64,000 bases of DNA from Owenia fusiformis (Eukaryota): assembly GCA_903813345.2 (NCBI GenBank), contig CAIIXF020000001.1, forward strand, positions 12,896,001 to 12,960,000. Direction: 5' to 3'. Positions within the stretch are counted from its first letter, which is position 1; the number at the start of each line of letters is the position of its first letter. Below the pieces are notes generated by a model. It searched no databases. It worked only from the letters and a program-made list of their open reading frames with translations, and was not told the origin of the DNA. A program made the position numbers and the translations under genes. Shown in pieces: positions 39,901 through 52,100 of this stretch.

Positions 39901-42900
39901 TCTATCAAAATCCCATTCCATGGAACAATACGATATGCAAATTCCTGATCCTCCCAATGTAAGGGTTCTCATGATTACCTTAATTTCCAAGTTAGTTGTA
40001 TGAATATTATTGATATTATGCAACAACTTATCTTACCATATCTGAGTGTGGAGAGGGACTCATCATAGTTAATGTCAGCAGGACTGACAGCAGCAATCTA
40101 CAACAAAAACAGCTTTGAATTAATAAAAATTAATAATATGGAGGCAATTTAAGATCAACATATAGATTAATCAAGAACATAAAAGCTGTATACGCATAAA
40201 GTAATTAACAAATGAATAGTTAACACTTAAAAACTTTTACTTGACCTTAACTCTGTATTTGTTAAGTAAATGTTTAGATCATTTGCAGCCAAGGTTAAAT
40301 GTTAAAATTATAAATGTTACTTCAATTTTTCAATAAATTTTTGAGATCATCTTACTAATACAAATATATATTGTAAGATAAGGGAGTTACAACTGTTTCA
40401 TGTACAGCTGTTCAGGGGTTTTAAACATCTTGGATATATATTGTGTCATACAAGAACTGCAAGGCATTGATATGCAAACTGTCATGACCTGCCATTTGTT
40501 ATTGGTGCTGAACACCAGCTCACGGATGCCAAACACCAACTCATGGATGCCAAACACCAACTCACAGAAGCCAAACACCAAAACTATAAAAATATGTGAC
40601 CACATAATAATGAAGGTTAAGCTTACCATGACGGTTTTACTGTTTCCTCCTAAAGCATTCTTCAACAACTTTGTTAAGACGGAATCACGGAACGGAACCC
40701 TGACATTTTTACCATTAGCCTTATCAGCGAGGGCTGAAATTACATTCCCCAGGGACGAGAGTGACTGATTTATAGCAGCGCCCTCTTTAAGTCGATCCCC
40801 TGTGGCACCTGTACTGTCTGCTCGTTCACTACCAGCTAAATCTACCAGGTTACATATGGCAGTTTTTGAGGTGTCTTCACCAGCAGCATTTTTATACTTT
40901 TGGACGAACTTGATTCCTACGATTGTGTGAGCACGACTGAAGCAAAACAAAGAAATTGAAATTGTCATTACATGTACTTTATAAGTGAAAATAAACACTG
41001 TATCTATTTACTTGTTATGCGTAATTGGTTATATAGGTATACAATTTTGCCAGTTAACCTCTGGATCAGTCAAAAAGACAGAATAAAGATACCAGTTCCT
41101 TTCAGATTAATACCAGGAACTGTTTCTACCTTCAGATATCAAGTTGCATCCTCCTACCACACATACCGTACAGTATTGTATATACCTTATGGTGCCTTGT
41201 GTGAAATAATTGTAACTCAAATGAAATGAGATGAAACAAATGAAATTATGTTTTCAAGTTTTAACACACCTGCTTGTTGCATTCATATTAGTCGCAGCAA
41301 CAGTTCTGTTTGTTGTCCCTTCTTCCATCTGTTCCTCTATCTGTTTGTAACTGTTCACTGGTGCAAATGTTAAACCATCCGCTGAAAACATGAATGATCC
41401 ATGATAAGTTTTATCTTTTGAAAATAAGGGTAATCTCAGCAACATTGCTTCACCCAACTCAGATTTTGAAACAAAGACACAGACATGTTCATGCCCCTTC
41501 CTTACTTCCTTAATAGATTTTTCATGCTGAAAACCCAAAACCAATCGGTTGAAGAGACAAGATTTTAGGATGAAAAATCTAAAATTGCCACCTTAACATT
41601 TACCCAAAAACTAATCAGCTCGAGATTTTCAATTCTTCCGTGAATATCTAAAATCAATCCATCAAAAGGTTTACTTGACTTTTATCAAGACATCCAAAAT
41701 GGCTGCCAAGATTGAGTCAACATGTCAAAATCCTAATCAGATGTAGAATGAAGTAAGTTAAAGAATATTTTAAGTTTTAAAACTAACTGTGGAGTGGTTT
41801 TTCTTAAAGTTTGCAGACAAAAATTTTAGCATTTGACTTCAAAATGACCCACAAGATGTAGGTATGGGTCAAAATTTTCTGTACCACATATGTACCCAAA
41901 AGTTATTCCTGAAATTTTTCAGGTGATATTTGTAGCGATTTTGGAGAATGCTTTCAGATGTTCAGACAGACAGATGTGCCTAAGGCCAACAATATGGCCC
42001 CACAATACAGTATGTTGTTGGAACATAAAAAGGTTTGCACCAGCTTAATGAGAAAAATCATGAAAACGTCGACTTACCATAAAATCCTTTTTTAGGATGC
42101 TGTCTGACTTTAAGGCCTCCTCTCTTGCTTGATTTAGGGTTAAGCAGATCCCTGACCTGTTCATTATAGATCTCCAACATACTGAATTCAACCTATAAAA
42201 ATACATTACAACACATATAAGCAATTTTCGTTTTTGATACTTTGCAGCGGCAGTTTAAAGTATTTTGGGGAAAATAAGTACATGTATGACATGGAATTAT
42301 TAAAATAGTATTCATTAATGTGATTTGACATTTTCTCTTTTAGGCTACTACTCATAGTATTGTTGTACAAATGCCATCTTCTTTCCATTCTCAAAAATGA
42401 AGGGTGTGATACAATAAGTATTGATTACGATGCTTTTTCTAGATACATTCAAATACAAATACCGTATTCTCTGTAATTAGCGCCCAGGGCGTTTAGAAAA
42501 TTGAAAATTCATTTTTAGACCATGCCCATGTATGAAAGAAATCAGAAATCCCGAGGAATTTCATGTATGGCAATTTTTCTTGACAAGAATGCATTTTCTT
42601 CAACATATTTTTATAATAATATGACAAGTGCTGTTATTGGAGAGAATACGGTAAAGATCGCTTAGACAATATTGACAGTGGTTGAAGACCCGTCTATGTC
42701 TAATTTATTTCCGGCACGCCCACTTTGTCATTATCGCCGATTACCTTCAATATTTCCACTAGAGACTGCTGGATATCGATCTAAAGTTATACATTATTTC
42801 TAATTTGATGAGAGATCATCATTATTCGTGCAAAAGTCGTGTAAAAGTCGAGAAACATTAAAAAGAAACCAGAAAGTTCACGACCTTGACATGCACAGAA

Positions 42901-45677
42901 CATCTGCGCAGTAGCTTTTGAAATTTCTGAATGCCGATAAAGAACAATTTCTTCATTCATTATGGACTATTTGGAGACAATATTAGCATGGTATGGTGTG
43001 GGAAGCACCCATCGATAGATATGTATCGAGAGGATGCATAGAATTACAAAACGCGTCGTGTTTACAGCAGTTTTAGGGTAAGTACTCTATTATCGCCCGC
43101 TCCTGGATTTTGAGAAATATTTTTTTCCTGATATATTCTTCAATTCTTGTTGATTCCTCGATGTTTCTTGAACTTTGTGAAGCGGGGTGGGCGCTTATTA
43201 GAGAGTGGGCGGTAATTACAGAGAATACGGTATACAAATGATTTTCTTTAAATATGAGAAAATTAATTTGACATATACATGTGTAGTACTAATAGCGCAT
43301 AAAACTACTCTACAATCTACATCTAAAAAACCCTGCTAGTTTTTCCCTGATTTCAGAAATGATCTCATATAATTATTACATAATATTCATAATCAAATTC
43401 ATAGGCCTACCTCAAATTCGAGTGCTTCCCCATCTGCTTTCTTTTTATCTATTCCTTGGAAGATTTCATCACAGAATAGTGGCACAATACCTAAAAGATA
43501 CAAAAATGAAAAAATGTCATCAACTTGTAAGCTACATATTCATATTATGAAAGTCAGGTATGATTCATGCGGTTGCAAGCTATCTTAATTAAGGTCAACA
43601 AATAAGGCCTTTTTGCTTGATCTCCCACTCGCCTATACTCGCCTATACTGCTGTGACAATGTTAACCCCAAACACCAGTCACAAAAAACAATGGCTATCT
43701 AGGAGTTTCACATAAACTGAAAGAACTACATCAATCAGATAAAAGTACTGATGAATATTTCATTAAATAAAATTTGCCTACCTTTGTTAACTCCATATCC
43801 AACCATGGACCAACTCTTCCCAGAACCAGTTTGTCCGTAAGCAAAGAGAGTAGAATTGAAACCTTCCCAGGCATTCTTTAGCACTCCTTTTCCAAGGTCA
43901 TCATACACTGTCCTCTGCAAGGCAAATAACATATTAAACAACATGTGATTGATAAGTTTTGATGGCTTAATTCATGATTTATTTTGGTTAGGGTGTGTTT
44001 GAAAAACCAGATTGACAAAATGTTCAGAAATGAACAATACAATTTCTATTGGACGCATCTCACAACCAACTTTGGATAAATAGAACACAAACAATGACCT
44101 GATGAAAAGATGGGGATCAAACAGGGTTAAATCTTCTTCCCCCAGGACAGATGTAAGAAAATGGGTTTATAATTATAGCTTGAAATTACCTCGTGATAAT
44201 TCAATTCTAAAATTGGAGTATACCTACCTAAACCAGTATAAAGTACATGTAGTAAATGGTTTATCTAGTGCTAAGACCATCATGGAATTAGATAATACAT
44301 GGTAGGATAAAAGAGAAGACTTATTTTACCTGATCTGCAAATTTTTTCCCATTTGGGTGACTAGTATCCTTTCCATAATAACCATTGCCATCATCTTTAC
44401 AGCCATCGTGAGACCAGTAGCTGTAGTCAAAAGCGAATGACCTTGGTTCTTCATTGGGATTTTCGGGATCTTGGATATAACTATTGGGCCCCTTCATGTC
44501 AATGATCAGCTTAGCATTGCGCTGTCTTTCACGTTTATTGTGCAGAATGTTAAGGATGGTTTACTACATGTAGTGAATGATTGTTACAATTGAAATTATC
44601 TGATGTCCTGAAATTGCTGTTTAAAAGATATAACGGTCTGCGGTATTTAGATACCCCGAAACCTCGTGGAAATGAGCAAATTCTACCCTCTGAAAAGATC
44701 TAGAAGTTTTTTTACAGATAAGATCTTTATGACCGTAAAAATAACTTAGGGGATTTTAGAACATAACAATGACATTTAGATTGTTCAATCATGAAAATCA
44801 AGATTTTTTTATTTGTATTTAGTCTACTGTGTTGCATGGGATTACCAATAATTGTTGTAATTATGCTGCATAAGGTTGCCAGTGATTGTTGTAGTTGTGT
44901 TGCATGAGAATACAAGTGAATGTTGTAATTATGTTGCATGAGGTGGTCAGTGATTGTTGTAATTGTGTTGCATGAGGTGGTCAGTGATTGTTGTAATCAT
45001 GTTGCATGAGATTACAAGTGAATGTTGTAATTGTGTTGCATGAGGTGGTCAGTGATTGTTGTAGTTGTGTTGCATGAGATTACAAGTGATTGGTGTAAAG
45101 CCATTGTGTTGCATGAGGTGGTCAGTGATTGTTGTAATCATGTTGCATGAGATTACAAGTGAATGTTGTAATTGTGTTGCATGAGGTGGTCAGTGATTGT
45201 TGTAATTGTGTTGCATGAGATTACAAGTGATTGTTGTAGTTGTGTTGCATGAGGTGTGGTCAGTGATTGTTGTAATCATGTTGCATGAGACTGCTATTGA
45301 TTGTTGTAATCGTGTAATGTACTAGAATATGGAGTAGTTATCACACTAGGGAGTATAAACTGAATATGAATGGAGTGTGGGTGTGCACATCTTTTTGATA
45401 AATTATTCAGTACATGCCTATGAAAACAATGCAGCATAAAATCAATTAGCAATTTATCAGTTATTCACTATTTGATGATATTTACAAATAGTACAATGTG
45501 CAACATTTGTACTTAGCTATTGTATAATGCAAACCACGTACTTGTTTGTGTATCAAACATGAAACAGCCTGTGCAGGCTAAAATGAATTCCAACCTGACT
45601 TGTAACATTAATCATGCATTTTAAAAGGATATGAAAGGGCGCACCCTTACAGCAACTTTGACACTTTCCTCTGCCAT
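30991..45677 (-). CDS. KIF28: Kinesin-3 family motor, KIF28/KLP-6-like (motor, coiled coil, FHA, C2-like tail), 987 aa
   Basis: 21 exons: 45633-45677, 44330-44539, 43782-43914, 43411-43490, 42078-42192, 41270-41381, 40627-40936, 40037-40097, 39435-39614, 38804-38928, 38405-38574, 37549-37826, 37121-37269, 36593-36727, 34672-34818, 33448-33594, 32780-32905, 32270-32422, 31896-31976, 31509-31647, 30991-31058; total 2964 nt, all phases consistent. Motifs: [23 protein letters not shown]-loop GQTGSGKS, switch I NATSSRAH, switch [25 protein letters not shown] before the FHA domain. Subfamily call is from recalled sequence style. Confidence 0.9.
31252..31470. mobile_element. Degenerate inverted-repeat element in the last kinesin intron
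   Basis: Arms with ATTTCGTC..GTATGGG / CCCATAC..GACGAAAT and repeated TTATTTCGAC / GAAATA motifs. Confidence 0.5.
34958..36462. repeat. 60-61-bp minisatellite, about 25 copies, strongly C-rich on the + strand
   Basis: Unit CCCATTTCTAGTCTGATCCTCACATTAAGCTCAATCCCCACTAACCCTCTCCCCAACCTAG, in kinesin intron 14. Confidence 0.96.
40508..40580. repeat. 21-bp tandem repeat, about 3.5 copies
   Basis: GCCAAACACCAACTCATGGAT-like units. Confidence 0.7.
42462..43230. mobile_element. Tc1/mariner (pogo/Tigger-like) non-autonomous element
   Basis: TIR CCGTATTCTCTGTAATTA / TAATTACAGAGAATACGG with TA on both sides; an internal TIR-like copy at about 42635-42652. Confidence 0.85.
44540..45632 (-). other. U12-type (minor spliceosome) AT-AC intron, intron 1 of the kinesin CDS
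   Basis: On the minus strand: 5' site |ATATCCTTTT at 45632, branch site TCCTTAAC at 44556-44549, 3' site ...TGCAC| at 44540. Removal restores the conserved RVRPF|NKRE motif in frame. Confidence 0.93.
44825..45312. repeat. 34-bp minisatellite inside the U12 intron
   Basis: Unit GTGATTGTTGTAATTGTGTTGCATGAGGTGGTCA interspersed with an ...AGATTACAA variant; about 14 copies. Confidence 0.92.
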
Positions 45678-45817
45678 ATTGCCCTGTTATATATCAAGCA
45701 ACTCCTGGTCAAATTGCTTCTAAATCCAATGACAGTATATTGTGATATCCTCCAAGTAATCCAAGTGTAAGGTAGTTTCAGTAACACCTGGCAGCCATAT
45801 TGGATTTAAGTTTACCT

Positions 45818-45830
45818 ATTACCTAGCAAC
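45818..45830 (-). promoter_or_regulatory. Candidate RFX X-box about 140 bp upstream of the kinesin ATG
   Basis: Minus strand GTTGCTAGGTAAT resembles the X-box consensus. Position is suggestive only. Confidence 0.35.
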
Positions 45831-48800
45831 TAGCCAGGTCAAATCAATAAGTGTATTGAAATAGTTAATACTGAATGGGTAGTTTAGCACTGGTAGGCAT
45901 AATAGAGTTCAATATTTAGTATGGTTGTGGAAACTCTATGATAAATAGCCTCTCTTGCTGTTTGCCTTTCTTAGAATATTTATGTTATTATTTTAAGTAC
46001 ATACTTACACTGACTAAACAGTTAATCATTAATACTGTACAATGTACTTTAATGTACTTTCCATTGGTTTAAACAATACTTGATTGAAAAAATAATGTAC
46101 TTAACATTAAACCACTTTATAAAATCAGATTAGAAATCATTATTGAATTAATTTTGATCTTTGTTTAAAAAGTTGTGTCATGCTACATAAATATATTGCC
46201 AAATATCATCAAATGTCAAGTAAAGATAATACAAGTTGGAATCCATGGTATAATTTCACAATCAACATACTGTAAGAATCATCTCAAGTTGCTGCTCATT
46301 TGAAATATTGCTGCTCATTTGAAAAGTTGATGCTCATTTGAAAAGTGAGATTTTAAATAATATGTAGTGTTCCACATTTGAACAGTTATCCTAAGTACCC
46401 TTTTCAATAAAAAAATTATTATTTAATTGGAAATATTTGATTGCTTTGCGATAGGATTGCTTCAACTATATCCCTGTCTATTCATAGCCGTCATTTTAAT
46501 AATCCCGAAGATAAATCCCAGGATTAAATCTAATAAATTATTCTGCTTATACTATATGCTGATATTTACTGCTGCATTGTTAAGTGTATAAATCAATCAA
46601 CATATCTACAAATAAAACATTTTTGACCTTTAATATGCCAATAAATATTTCAATATTTACAATTAAGATGAAAATATATTTCTATTTGTTTTTCAACTAA
46701 TCAGGCTTAGTTTAACACAAACTTGCTAGAAAGAAAAAATAAACTCGACATTGGTAATCCATTGAAAAACACATAAGAATATACTGTATTTGTCTTTAAT
46801 TTGGCACTACTTAATTTCGTGATTTTTTATTTTTGGGTCTATTGGTGTCTATTTAATTTTGTGGTTTTCAAGTTTCCCCGAATTCCTCCTGTCCTAGAAA
46901 ATTCAAAATACTCATTGTCAGTGTTGTTGATGAACAAGTTCTACAATATTTCTTGTTGTTTATATACATATCTTTAATATTTCTTTTTGTTTCTATCAAT
47001 TTAAACTGCCCGTCCATCTTGGTTCATTCTTAATACTGGGAATGCAAAAAAAGAAAAATACATGTCAAATTCCCAGGGATTTTGGCGACTATTCAATTTG
47101 GCAATTTTTTTAATTCGCCAATTTAAAACGCTCACCCAATTAAAGACATATACGATACACTTTGGCACCATTTTATGACTTATTATAGAGAGAGATGCGG
47201 TTGGGAGACATGCATGGATAGGAATAAAGATTGTTTATCGTTTTTCAAGGTGGTCAGCATTTCAGAAAAAATCATTTGCACCAGTTACAATAGCTACCTC
47301 CTACCTAAACAACTTAATAATACAATACAAATCTCCTTATTGAGAGTACATTGTTTATCATTCAATGAAAATGTAAAGTTTTTTCATGAAGTCTTTGATG
47401 TCCAAGAAATAAAAATAAAAACATGTCTGGATTCAATAACAATATCCATATTTAATTAACTAATTTTATTTTAATTACATATATTTGTTTTACTTTCAAC
47501 ACATCAGATACATCCTGTTCTTCATTAATTAGTCTTTTAATCTGATGTCAGTCAATGTTAGATAAACATTTGGAAAGTGATTAATCAGTATTTATACGAT
47601 ATAATTTGAGCAAATTTTTATAGAACTTGTGCTAATTACGAAAAGTGTTCATATAAGAAAGGCTAATTTTTCAAACATGACTATTCAAGTTGAGAGGTGT
47701 TCACATTTCAGGGATATTTAAACTTAGGGGTCTATGGAATGAAAAAACCTGAACCGTAAAAGTGGTCCATTTAGGAGGTGTTCAGATTAGCCAAGTGTTC
47801 GGACACACAGGTTCCAAAGTACCTAGAACTGGACTACAGAACTGTTTTGTCATAGTTGCCTAGAAAGTATCTCCACATTTAATCCTGAGATTCATCTTCA
47901 TATTAATCTTTTTATGATTAATGGCTGAGAAAATGATTAATTACAACTTCACATTTTTGTTTACTGATTGTCAACTCAACCTGACATGTCAGTCCATTAC
48001 TGTGTAGCCCTAATGGAGTTAATGGGCATTTAACTTTGTGAATCATTAATTAAAACCCTACTTTTCAATACACATTAATCATGATACAATTTTTGATACA
48101 ATTTATCATAACACAGAATTAATTGTGATTGTATTGGGAAACCCTTGAAAATGTTAATTGATTTCATATTTCATATTTTATGCTGTATCAGACAGTGTTA
48201 TCTTAGAATCATATTTTTGTGTTCAATTATTTCAGAATTTGGAAATATTCTGAAAAGGGAGACATTTCTTTCATGCAAGATACAGAAACATTAAAACAAA
48301 GATTCTAATTTGAAAATACTTTATTGGTGGCTCATATAAAAATAATTACATTTAAACTTGACTCTTGTTAACCTTGGATTGTTATCCAAAATTATTATTT
48401 CATTTTATTTAGAGCTCTTATAATATAGCTCAGAATGAAATAACATTCACGGTGAATTTTTATTTTACATTTCATTTTTTGACTGGTCAACAGGTACTGA
48501 ACAACAGTCAGTATTCATAATATTATATAGGAAATTATTGACATCCTGAGTCATTTCATAATAATTTACAAATTTGAAATTTCACCAGATGAAACTCTCT
48601 GTTCATGCATGATGTTTATCAAGTATGCAGCAGTTACATTTCAATTCAATATTATCGAATGCCCTTCAATTTTCACACATAATCATTCCCATTATGGGCT
48701 TTCGAAGAAGCACCCGCCCTTGGAAAAATCATGAGGATGCCCTTTCCCATGTTGGGCATAAATATGAATGGCTTAAAGTCCTGTTTTTAATGCACAATCG

Positions 48801-48914
48801 ATCTCTGTATCTCATTTCCTCATTGCACTGATCCACTTGAGGTTAAGATTCATTGTTTGCAATACATGTGCACAGTTGCACCCTTAGTCAGACAATGCCC
48901 AGGCCAGACAAATA

Positions 48915-49068
48915 CAGGGTAAGTCAAAAAGATAACCCAAACAAATTTTAATATTTCAGTCATTCAGCATGGGTTTAATTGTGCAAAATATAATTTCATT
49001 AAACCCATGCTGAATGATTGAGTTATCAACATACATGTGTTTGAGTTACCTTTTTTTGGCTCAACCTG
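48915..49068. mobile_element. Palindromic Tc1/mariner-type MITE just downstream of the ORC2 stop
   Basis: TA|CAGGGTAAGTCAAAAAG ... TTTTTGGCTCAACCTG|TA, with an internal stem TCATTCAGCATGGGTTTAAT / ATTAAACCCATGCTGAATGA. Confidence 0.7.
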
Positions 49069-49130
49069 TATGCTGATTAGAAATTGGTTTTCTTTAGAAA
49101 TACACATGTATTTAAAGGGCCTTATGTTTT

Positions 49131-52100
49131 CTATGAAGCATCATCCTGTTGGTCAAGGAATTCATTGAGTGTAGCAGCATCAAGTGGAATCATCAATTGC
49201 TCAACACCATCATAGTTCTACAACATAGAAACAAAGTCCTTCTTGGAGATTACCAGTTAAGGGGGTCAGTCGTTGTTGCTATTTTTGGATTGATGTTTAC
49301 CTGTCCATCTACCCTCTACATATATGTAGACACCTACCTAGCTACCTACATATCTACCTAGTACATGTTAATCTATTAACTATGGTATTCATCTTGTGCA
49401 CAAATACCAGTGATATCCCCTGTTTTTTTCTCAACATGGTGTTAAATCTAATTTGACTTGTTCTGGTCAAGCCATGTCAATAATCCTTTTGACAAGTTGC
49501 AAACAGATTTCCAACAAGTTGGCATTTACAATAGAATTTAAAAAAGTAAAGGATTTCAAACAGAATACTTCACCTAGTTCTTCCAATGCTGCACTAACTA
49601 CATTTTAATTGATTTTAAATCACATACCTTTTTAGATCTGATAAGTTTGTGGTCCTTGAACTCTACAAGTTGAGTGTTAAGAGTCTGGTCACTGTTCACT
49701 AAGAAAGCTTCTCTGCACTTCTGATAGAGATCTTGAAATGACATGCCTGCAATCACAAGAATTGAAAACAATTGGAAGCTAATTTACAGACAGACAGACA
49801 GTATATGGTTACAGAATGATGATGTTCAACAGATAACACCAGGCAAGAATTCTATGACCCTCACAACACAGAACAGACTGTTTTTTTAAGTTTTTATTTC
49901 ATTCATTTGAAAGTTAGTTTAATTTAGTTAAATATTTATTAGAGTCTCACGCTGTAAATATATCAAATACAATAAATACATAAAAATACATAAAAGATAT
50001 TACATGTTTTGCACTAAAATTGAATAAAAACACACAGCCCAGCCGGCACCGGCTTATGAGAGACTTTTTACATTTCATAACACTGAATAGTTTTAAATTA
50101 TAAGTCTATTTGACATCGTAATACCAATTGTCTTTGCTAGTATGCGTTGCAATGAAGGGGTGCACATTATATTACAGTATTTCCCTAATGATGGAAGGTT
50201 TTCAAAGTCAGGAATTATCTCTAGTTCTTTGAAAAAGGTTAAAACCTAATGTTTCATGTAAGGGACAGTCAATTAGAAAGTGTTGCTCGTCTTCAATAGA
50301 CTCATTTGAACATGAACAAGTCCTGTCCGCAAGGGGAGTGGCACTGTATCTCCCTGTTTCTATTTTTAATGGAAGTGTCCCTGATTGCATCCGGGCTATG
50401 TTACTTCTTTGTTGTTTGCTTAGTGTCAAAGTAACATAACTCTCTGGCTCTAAAGCATGGTGCTTATGGATCCTGTAAGTCCGCAATTTGTTGCCATTCA
50501 CTGGGTTGCGCCAATCGTTCCAGAGTTCCTTGAACCAGAGATCATTGTCGATTTCCACAAGCCGTTGTTTGACAAGCTCGAGTTTACGTTTGACCCCATA
50601 CCCCATTGAAACATACCAATACCAATATTGATACAGAACAGACTCAACAGTCTATACACACACCCACTTATGCAGACATCCACCCACTTATGAAGACATG
50701 CACCCACTTATGCAGACACGCACCTGCTTATGAAGACATTCACCCACTTATGTAGACATGCACCCACTTATGAAGACATGTACCCACTTATGAAGACATG
50801 CACCCACTTATGAAGACATGCACCCACTTATGCAGACACGCATCTGCTTATGTAGACATGCACCCACTTATGAAGACATGCACCCACTTATGAAGACATG
50901 CACCCACTTATGAAGACATGCACCCACTTATGCAGACATGCACCCACTTATGAAGACATGCACCCACTTATGCAGACAAGCACCCACTTATGAAGACATG
51001 CACCCACTTATGCAGACACGCACCCACTTATGAAGACATGCACCCACTTATGAAGACATTCACCCACTTATGTAGACATGCACCCACTTATGAAGACATG
51101 CACCCACTTATGAAGACATGCACCCACTTATGCAGACATGCACCCACTTATGAAGACATGCACCCACTTATGCAGACAAGCACCCACTTATGAAGACATG
51201 CACCCACTTATGCAGACACGCACCCACTTATGAAGACATGCACCCACTTATGCAGACACGCACCTGCTTCTGTAGATATGCACCCACTTATGTAGACATG
51301 CACCCACTTATGCAGACACGCACCCAATTATGCAGAAATGCACCCATGTATGTAGACACGCACCCACTTATGAAGACACGCACACATGTATGTAAACACA
51401 CACCCACTTATGCAGACACGTACCCACTTATGTAGACACACATCCACTTATACAGACACGCACCCACTTATGCAGACATGCACCCATGTATGTAGACACA
51501 TACCCACTTATGCAGACAAGCGCGCACTTATGAAGACATGCACCCACATACTCACACACTTGTGATTCTATAAAATAACTCAACTAACCTGAATACTGAG
51601 GATTGTCTTTATTGTCAAGTTGATATCTGACCAGCAAGAGAAAGATTCCCTTAGCATTCGGGGTAAGACTCCTCATAACATGGGTGAGAGAGCTCAGAGC
51701 CAGGACACCCGATTGTTGCACTAATAAAGAGTTCTCATATGAAGTCTCCTCTATGTATGGCTCAAATGTTGTGACATCATACCACAACCAATTGAAGCCA
51801 CTAGATTTTCTTTGGTCCCAGACTGGAAAAATGAGAATAAAATGAGTACAATATATTTATTTATTCTTCATTTTGTTTATTCATATTTAACTAAAAAAAA
51901 CAGCAACTCTAAGGAGTAGCAAATCCCACCGAAGAAAATAATAATAATAAGTGACCATCTTGAAAATTTCTTCTTGAGCAGTGCTCCTTTGTCCAGAGGT
52001 AGCAGCATATAAATTTGAACCAAATCTGTAAACTGGTATTTGAGTTATCAAAGATCACATTTTTAACAACAAATGGCAGCCATTTTGATAAATAGTGGCC

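Noticed and set aside
50655-51548. CRISPR-like regular array and repetitive ORFs (50990-51435)
   Set aside because: Head-to-tail 20-bp units with no unique spacers, no cas genes, in a eukaryotic intron.
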